Part shown: positions 14,962 to 20,000 of the stretch, one piece after another | Numbering within the stretch: the stretch's first letter is position 1 | How the letters are laid out: each line of letters starts with the position of its first letter | Source: an uncultured virus (IMG/VR IMGVR_UViG_3300034106_003629) | Taxonomy: Duplodnaviria; Heunggongvirae; Uroviricota; Caudoviricetes | DNA length: 20,000 nt | IMG/VR virus record: IMGVR_UViG_3300034106_003629 | Reading direction: 5' to 3' (one strand) | Program-made: the position numbers and the translations under genes | The notes under the pieces: model-generated | Told to the model about the DNA's origin: nothing | The model's input: only the letters and a program-made list of their open reading frames with translations | The model's database searches: none

Positions 14962-15067
14962 CTTTCATTTCCTCAAATGCTAACCTTAATATGTAGTAAA
15001 TGATATATGCAGTAAAGGCAAGTCCGCAGGATAATAATATTACAACACCCCAAGGAAACTCACTCAT
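14915..15067 (-). CDS. small membrane protein (50 aa)
   Basis: Manual translation MSEFPWGVVILLSCGLAFTAYIIYYILRLAFEEMKDEEPSDHSVSDKSSD. Confidence 0.55.
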   Translation of the reverse strand: MSEFPWGVVILLSCGLAFTAYIIYYILRLAFEEMKDEEPSDHSVSDKSSD

Positions 15068-15072
15068 AATAA

Positions 15073-16674
15073 TTACCTACTAATCTCTTCCCAGTCCATA
15101 GACCCGTGAATATCTGCACCATTAGAATTGGAAGAAGCAACGAGAGAAAGTTCATAAGGTGTTCCTGTTAATGCATCCCTTTCCAACTGAAACTTAAATA
15201 ATGCCTCTTTAAGAATATCAACTGGTGTTGAACCTTGATTAGACCCGTACAAATATCCAGATGCTAATATTCTTCCACCAGTATAAGTTCCACCATCAAT
15301 TTTATATTCCACAGAACTATCAATACCAGCATCGACCCAAGTTCCACCAACAGATGTTCCTGTTGCTCTTACTTGCCAGTTATAAACTGCATTGTTTGTA
15401 ATACCAAGAATTGAAAGTGCAGTCATAATTACAATTGCATCCAATCTATTTGGCGTTGCTTTAAGACGAATTGATAAAACAGTATAATAAGTTCCTGCAG
15501 TTGTTAAATCAACTGGTGTTTGAACAGGTGTTCCTGCTGCTTGCTGCAATCCACGAAGTTCATAACCACCCTCTGAAATTACAGTAGAACAAACTTGTTT
15601 TAATGTGCTCGCACTCGTTGTAATTCCAGTATTTGCAATCTCATATCTCAAAGGTAATGATGCTGTTGTGATATAAGTTGTATTGATAAGATTTGCGTGA
15701 TGGAATGAGTGGCAGTGAATAAACTTACCATCAACTACAAATCCTAGTCTTACCGTTCCAAGTCCCAACCATTCAATATCCATCCACATAATTTGTGCTT
15801 TGCTGATATCTAATGTGACACCAGATGGATTGAGATGCCCAGGACCAAGCATCGTATCAACATTCCAACTTGCTTGTGATACTCTTGTTTCTGTTGTAAT
15901 TCCTGGAACATATGTTCTTTCTACAAAATATAAATTACTTCCATCAAGTTCTAAATACATCCCATTATCTGCACCAAAGTATCCTACTCTTTGACGAAGA
16001 TTTGATTTTGTTGGATTCATTACAAACGTATTCAATACCTGTAATGATTTTCCTGGTTGATAAGAGAATACTTTTGTAGTTTCTCTGATGATTGATGCGG
16101 TGCTTCCAACACCAACAGTCATATTAATCAAACCTTGTGCTGTCGAAAATCCAACTGTTGAACCAGTACCAACAACTAAACCACTCCAAAGATTATTGTC
16201 TCTATATCTGTGAGATGAATCAAAGAGAGTGAGTGGAGTAGACATCCTCTGCCTACCAAATGCATCTGTTGCTATTGGTGGTAATTCGATATCAACAGTT
16301 CCTGTAACTGGAAATGGATTTGTGGTGCTGACTGGTGAATTATTGAGGTTAATTGATACTTGTCCAGTGGTTCCAATACCTACAGTATTCAGTAATGTAG
16401 AAATACCGACTGGAAGATATGGTGTTGTTAATGCACCACTGGTTCCAACTTCAACTATATGGGAATGAATTGGATTTTCTGGTGTACTTGTAACAGTTAC
16501 TATTCCAGGAATACTAATATCACCATTAATTGTAATACTAGAACTTCCAAGAGATACTGGAAATGGATTGTCAACACTAACTGGTTGACCATCTTTAGTT
16601 GCAATATTATTAACTTCAAATAAAGATCTTTCTTGATTTAAATAATCTTGATTTTGTATATTCCACTGTGCCAT
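15073..16674 (-). CDS. probable virion structural protein (533 aa)
   Basis: Repeated NPFPV/NPI/YLPV motifs and VGIGT segments at the N-terminus, then DAFGRQRMS..TLFDS, YQPGKS, IEWLGLG in a beta-rich domain. Confidence 0.7.
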   Translation of the reverse strand: MAQWNIQNQDYLNQERSLFEVNNIATKDGQPVSVDNPFPVSLGSSSITINGDISIPGIVTVTSTPENPIHSHIVEVGTSGALTTPYLPVGISTLLNTVGIGTTGQVSINLNNSPVSTTNPFPVTGTVDIELPPIATDAFGRQRMSTPLTLFDSSHRYRDNNLWSGLVVGTGSTVGFSTAQGLINMTVGVGSTASIIRETTKVFSYQPGKSLQVLNTFVMNPTKSNLRQRVGYFGADNGMYLELDGSNLYFVERTYVPGITTETRVSQASWNVDTMLGPGHLNPSGVTLDISKAQIMWMDIEWLGLGTVRLGFVVDGKFIHCHSFHHANLINTTYITTASLPLRYEIANTGITTSASTLKQVCSTVISEGGYELRGLQQAAGTPVQTPVDLTTAGTYYTVLSIRLKATPNRLDAIVIMTALSILGITNNAVYNWQVRATGTSVGGTWVDAGIDSSVEYKIDGGTYTGGRILASGYLYGSNQGSTPVDILKEALFKFQLERDALTGTPYELSLVASSNSNGADIHGSMDWEEISR

Positions 16675-16677
16675 AAA

Positions 16678-16998
16678 TCAATCAATCCATTCTAATTTTG
16701 AGGGGTGGTATCTTTTTGTATTTTTAATATTGAAGTTTTTTTCTTCTGCTGGATAAATTTGATGAACTACAGCACCTGGATATTCACCTTGAAGTTGTTC
16801 TCCCAAATCCCTCTTTGAAGGAATTCCATTTTTGGAGACTAAATCAAGTCTATAAAGATTACCCTTCCACATAATATCCGCAGAGTATTCTTCCCCAACT
16901 TGTTGTGTTTGTGGTTCTGAATTATTAATATAAAGATTGCCGTTAAAATCTCCAGCAATCGTTACACTTTCTGACAAAAATTGTTTGAAAGATTTCAT
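16678..16998 (-). CDS. hypothetical protein with MKSFKQFLSE N-terminus (possible internal head protein)
   Basis: MKSFKQFxxE leader is typical of T4-like capsid-targeted proteins; a CTAAATA late motif lies upstream. Confidence 0.7.
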   Translation of the reverse strand: MKSFKQFLSESVTIAGDFNGNLYINNSEPQTQQVGEEYSADIMWKGNLYRLDLVSKNGIPSKRDLGEQLQGEYPGAVVHQIYPAEEKNFNIKNTKRYHPSKLEWID

Positions 16999-17022
16999 CT
17001 GAAACAATCCATTATATTATAT

Positions 17023-17769
17023 TTAGTATTTACCCTCCACACAGTAATCTGACTTTTTATTTGGTGTATATTCCTTATAACCTTCTTGTGGATTCATCCA
17101 TCCACAACCAATCAACCACTCCATCGTCATTGGAGTAGGTCTTACCTGTTCCCACAGTGGTCCTTTAGCACACATCTCCAAGTATTTGGCAGTTTGATTT
17201 AATTGTTCTTCTGCCCAGTTGGCATCTGCTTCCCAAGGAACAGCACGACTTTGACCCATAGATTCATAAGCAAGTTTAGTCGTCTTCATCACCCAAGCAG
17301 GAATCTCAGAATCTTGATGAACTTGTGCCATAAAAGATGTTTTCAATCCACCACCCATACAATCCTGAACAGTGTGCCATCCTTCATGTCTTAGAGTTCC
17401 CAGAAACTCTCTAGGGTCTTGAATAAGACTTTCGTTAATGAAGAAACGATTATATTCTGGTTTATATAAACCTATCGTTCTTGGTGTAAAGTATCTACTA
17501 GGACCAACATAAACTGGGACATCCAATTTGTTGAGTGCTACTAGAATAGATTTGATTTCGGATCGAAAGGTATCAAACTCTTTACCAGATAAAAATGCAG
17601 ATTCTGGTGTAAGTTGTTCGACTCCTTCTGTACATTCTCTGAGTATCATACAACCCATCGCTGCAAGGCTGTATGCTGGAACTGTTGGTTGTTTCTTTTC
17701 TAATGAACTAGCAAATGCGGGAAATGCCAGAGTTAATGATAAACCAAATGCTGCAAAGAGTTTCTTCAT
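17023..17769 (-). CDS. secreted zinc metallopeptidase-like protein
   Basis: Signal peptide; TLRHEGWHTVQDC (HEXXH) and downstream WEADA (third ligand Glu). Confidence 0.78.
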   Translation of the reverse strand: MKKLFAAFGLSLTLAFPAFASSLEKKQPTVPAYSLAAMGCMILRECTEGVEQLTPESAFLSGKEFDTFRSEIKSILVALNKLDVPVYVGPSRYFTPRTIGLYKPEYNRFFINESLIQDPREFLGTLRHEGWHTVQDCMGGGLKTSFMAQVHQDSEIPAWVMKTTKLAYESMGQSRAVPWEADANWAEEQLNQTAKYLEMCAKGPLWEQVRPTPMTMEWLIGCGWMNPQEGYKEYTPNKKSDYCVEGKY

Positions 17770-17960
17770 TCTCTTCCCTCTTGTTTATGTATCCAGACCT
17801 TCAAATCTTTTACATATTTTCTTAATATTTCTGCTTGTGATAAGTGCCAGTCATCTCCCGATTTAATATATGCCTTGATGTGTTCATCGACAGCATCAAG
17901 GCACTTTTTAATTACAGGATTCCAGGGTTCCCGAATTGGAGTATTCCATTCGCGTGGCAT
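17766..17960 (-). CDS. small hypothetical protein
   Basis: MPREWNTPIREPWNPVIKKCLDAVDEH; ATGA coupling to the next gene. Confidence 0.75.
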   Translation of the reverse strand: MPREWNTPIREPWNPVIKKCLDAVDEHIKAYIKSGDDWHLSQAEILRKYVKDLKVWIHKQEGRE

Positions 17961-17973
17961 AATACCTCATAAA

Positions 17974-18087
17974 TCATTTTTTCTTACCACCATTCTTTGC
18001 CTTTTTAGCAGTAGCATTACCCTGGTTCTGCTTGGATTGTTTTCCTCCAGCAGAACCTTTCTTACCTTTATTAGCAGACTTGGACAT
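17974..18087 (-). CDS. tiny Lys/Gly-rich basic protein (37 aa)
   Basis: MSKSANKGKKGSAGGKQSKQNQGNATAKKAKNGGKKK; TAATG coupling and an AGGAG RBS. Confidence 0.65.
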   Translation of the reverse strand: MSKSANKGKKGSAGGKQSKQNQGNATAKKAKNGGKKK

Positions 18088-18428
18088 TATGCTCCTGTGC
18101 GGGGTTGAACGTAACCTTCACCATCTTCCACCTTAGTTTCAAGTGCTTCAACTCTTGCTTCAAGAGTTTCTGGTGCTTCTGGTTCTGGTGGAGCAGCAGC
18201 AACTACTTCTTCCCTACGTGGTTCCTCTTTTTGGTCATCATCATCTCCACCTTTCTTCATGGTGTTAATTCCAAAGGTTGCAGCGGAGGCAGTAAAAACG
18301 GTTGCGATAAAAGTTGGATCCATTTTAGCAAGAAGCCCAGCATACGATGCTGTCAGAAGTGCGGCAGACCAACTCAAAATCGAAATACGAATCAATTGTC
18401 CCATAGCGTTTTCCTTTTTCTTTTCCAT
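18087..18428 (-). CDS. two-TM membrane protein with acidic tail
   Basis: ILSWSAALLTASYAG, DPTFIATVFTASAATFGI, acidic C-terminus. Confidence 0.78.
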   Translation of the reverse strand: MEKKKENAMGQLIRISILSWSAALLTASYAGLLAKMDPTFIATVFTASAATFGINTMKKGGDDDDQKEEPRREEVVAAAPPEPEAPETLEARVEALETKVEDGEGYVQPRTGA

Positions 18429-18464
18429 CAGTCCTGATGATTGATGTACTTCTTATTTAGGTTT

Positions 18465-20000
18465 TTAGAACTTAAACTTGACTTTTGCAGCAACAGAATT
18501 GTTAGTAACTCCATTGTTTACACCATGAGAACCTTCAACAAATAATATTTCTTTATAATCCAGAGAAGCACTTACACCATAAGAACTATCAGTTCCATAA
18601 GCACCTTCTACACTGACACCAAATAAATCTTTCTTCTTGCCACCAAAACGAGTTTCTAATTTAAGTCCTGCTTCACCAACATGTGTTGTTTGATTGTGAC
18701 CATCAACACTTCTAGCAGACTGAATGGAACCAGTTTCATTATATGCATTTCTCTTTACATTTTGAACAGTATAACCAATAAATGGTTTTACTGCTTTATT
18801 AAGATGCCAATATAATCGATTAGAAACCCACCACTCAGTTCCAGTTGTTTCACCAGCATTATTAAAGACACCTTCTACATTTCTATTGTACTTATAATTG
18901 CTGTTCGCAATCGCAGCATTGGTATTCAGAGTCAGTGTATTACCTCTGAGTTCACTGAATATACCGAAATGGTCTTTGTTCTGTTGTGTGCTTGAGTCAA
19001 CGCCATTGAGGTTTGTGTTAACTCTATTATACTGAGCACCAAGAGTCCAACCTTTGGTTACATCAAACTCAAACCCACCACCGAAGATTTTAGAATCAGC
19101 ATTATAACCATCAGCATTATAAGACTGAACAAATCTGTTATTCTCAAATACTCTTAATCTTTGATTACCTGCGGTTGGTTCATGATTCAAAAGTCCATTA
19201 ATACCATCATTAATTCCATCAAGAACTTCTAACTGATCCACTCTACCAAAGTAAAAATCATAAGAATCTGATACTGCAACATCATTAGAATAAGCATAAG
19301 AATATGATGGAGTTCCGTCAATTACGGTTGTTGTTCCATCAGCATAAACAGTTGTGGTAACTGGAGTTGTAGTTGTGGTAGTAACCATTGGAGTGGTTAC
19401 AGTTGTCACCGTTTGTTTTTTGATTTGTTGTTTTCCACTAGATTCACTTGCTTCAAAATTATATACTTTGGTTGTAACTGCTGGAAGTGTTTGAGAAGCG
19501 GCAATCGCAGAAGAAACGGAAGGAGCAATCGTTGATGTATAGTTTAGAACTGTTGCCGTTACTTGCGATGTAGAAGGTCCATTAGACGTTGAACTAGTTA
19601 CAACTGGCGTTCCATTTGATGTGGTTGTAGAACCATCAGAATATGTGGTGGTTGTAACTGGAGTTGTAGTTGTGGTAGTTGTAGTAACTGGAGTTGTAGT
19701 TTCTACAGTATCAGTATAGTTCTGAACTACTCCATATCCATTACCGTCAAGATTGCTTACATTATAAGTAACCTGAGCTGTTACTACAACATTTGAAGTT
19801 GATGAAGATGTTGATACCTGATCTGTTGTAGATGTTCCAGTTACTGTTGGAGCAGGTGGTGGTGTTGGAGTTGGAGTTGGAGGTGTGGGTGGGGTTGGAT
19901 TTACTGTGGGAGCATTTGGATTGTTGGGAGCAACAGCACCAAATGGTTGTCCATTTGCTAATGTAGTTCCTGGTTGACTATCAACTAAAAGAACTGGTGA
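18465..20000 (-). CDS. autotransporter-like outer-membrane beta-barrel protein (3' part; start lies beyond the window)
   Basis: The frame stays open from 20000 to the stop at 18465. Pro/Thr-rich linker (PTPPTPPTPTPTPPPAP), then amphipathic beta-strands (GGGFEFD, WTLGAQY, VKPFIGY, AYNETG) and C-terminal VKFKF. Confidence 0.82.
   Translation of the reverse strand, partial: SPVLLVDSQPGTTLANGQPFGAVAPNNPNAPTVNPTPPTPPTPTPTPPPAPTVTGTSTTDQVSTSSSTSNVVVTAQVTYNVSNLDGNGYGVVQNYTDTVETTTPVTTTTTTTTPVTTTTYSDGSTTTSNGTPVVTSSTSNGPSTSQVTATVLNYTSTIAPSVSSAIAASQTLPAVTTKVYNFEASESSGKQQIKKQTVTTVTTPMVTTTTTTPVTTTVYADGTTTVIDGTPSYSYAYSNDVAVSDSYDFYFGRVDQLEVLDGINDGINGLLNHEPTAGNQRLRVFENNRFVQSYNADGYNADSKIFGGGFEFDVTKGWTLGAQYNRVNTNLNGVDSSTQQNKDHFGIFSELRGNTLTLNTNAAIANSNYKYNRNVEGVFNNAGETTGTEWWVSNRLYWHLNKAVKPFIGYTVQNVKRNAYNETGSIQSARSVDGHNQTTHVGEAGLKLETRFGGKKKDLFGVSVEGAYGTDSSYGVSASLDYKEILFVEGSHGVNNGVTNNSVAAKVKFKF
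19330..19700 (-). repeat. internal coding repeat TTTTTTPVTTT(T/V)Y(S/A)DG(S/T)TT, two copies
   Basis: Near-identical GTAACTGGAGTTGTAGTTGTGGTAGT blocks at about 19357 and 19654 in the Thr-rich passenger. Confidence 0.7.

Noticed and set aside
11562..18444. Numerous 60-112 aa alternative-frame or antisense track ORFs
   Set aside because: All are nested in better-supported genes and show no independent motifs.

Overview
AT-rich segment of a T4-like cyanomyovirus genome (freshwater-type, inferred from gene content), mostly transcribed on the minus strand. The left part (1-10.7 kb) is an accessory tRNA island. It holds the 5' part of gmd, eight 2OG-Fe(II)/double-stranded beta-helix oxygenase-like genes (one lacking its metal ligands) and a radical SAM enzyme. 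It also holds nine tRNA genes (CAT, Ile-TAT, Pro-TGG, Ser-TGA, Val-TAC, Asn-GTT, Ala-TGC, Arg-TCT, Tyr-GTA), several near-consensus sigma70 promoters and many small ORFs. The spacers between tRNAs are unusually structured: a manA/wcaG-like multi-pseudoknot RNA apparently split by a 75-aa membrane ORF, plus three more candidate ncRNAs. The right part (10.7-20 kb) holds a phage lysozyme with a structured leader, a plus-strand operon of secreted/structural proteins, an SNase-like nuclease, a probable virion protein, an HEXXH peptidase and the 3' part of an autotransporter-like beta-barrel gene. All calls come from reading motifs by eye; no searches were run.
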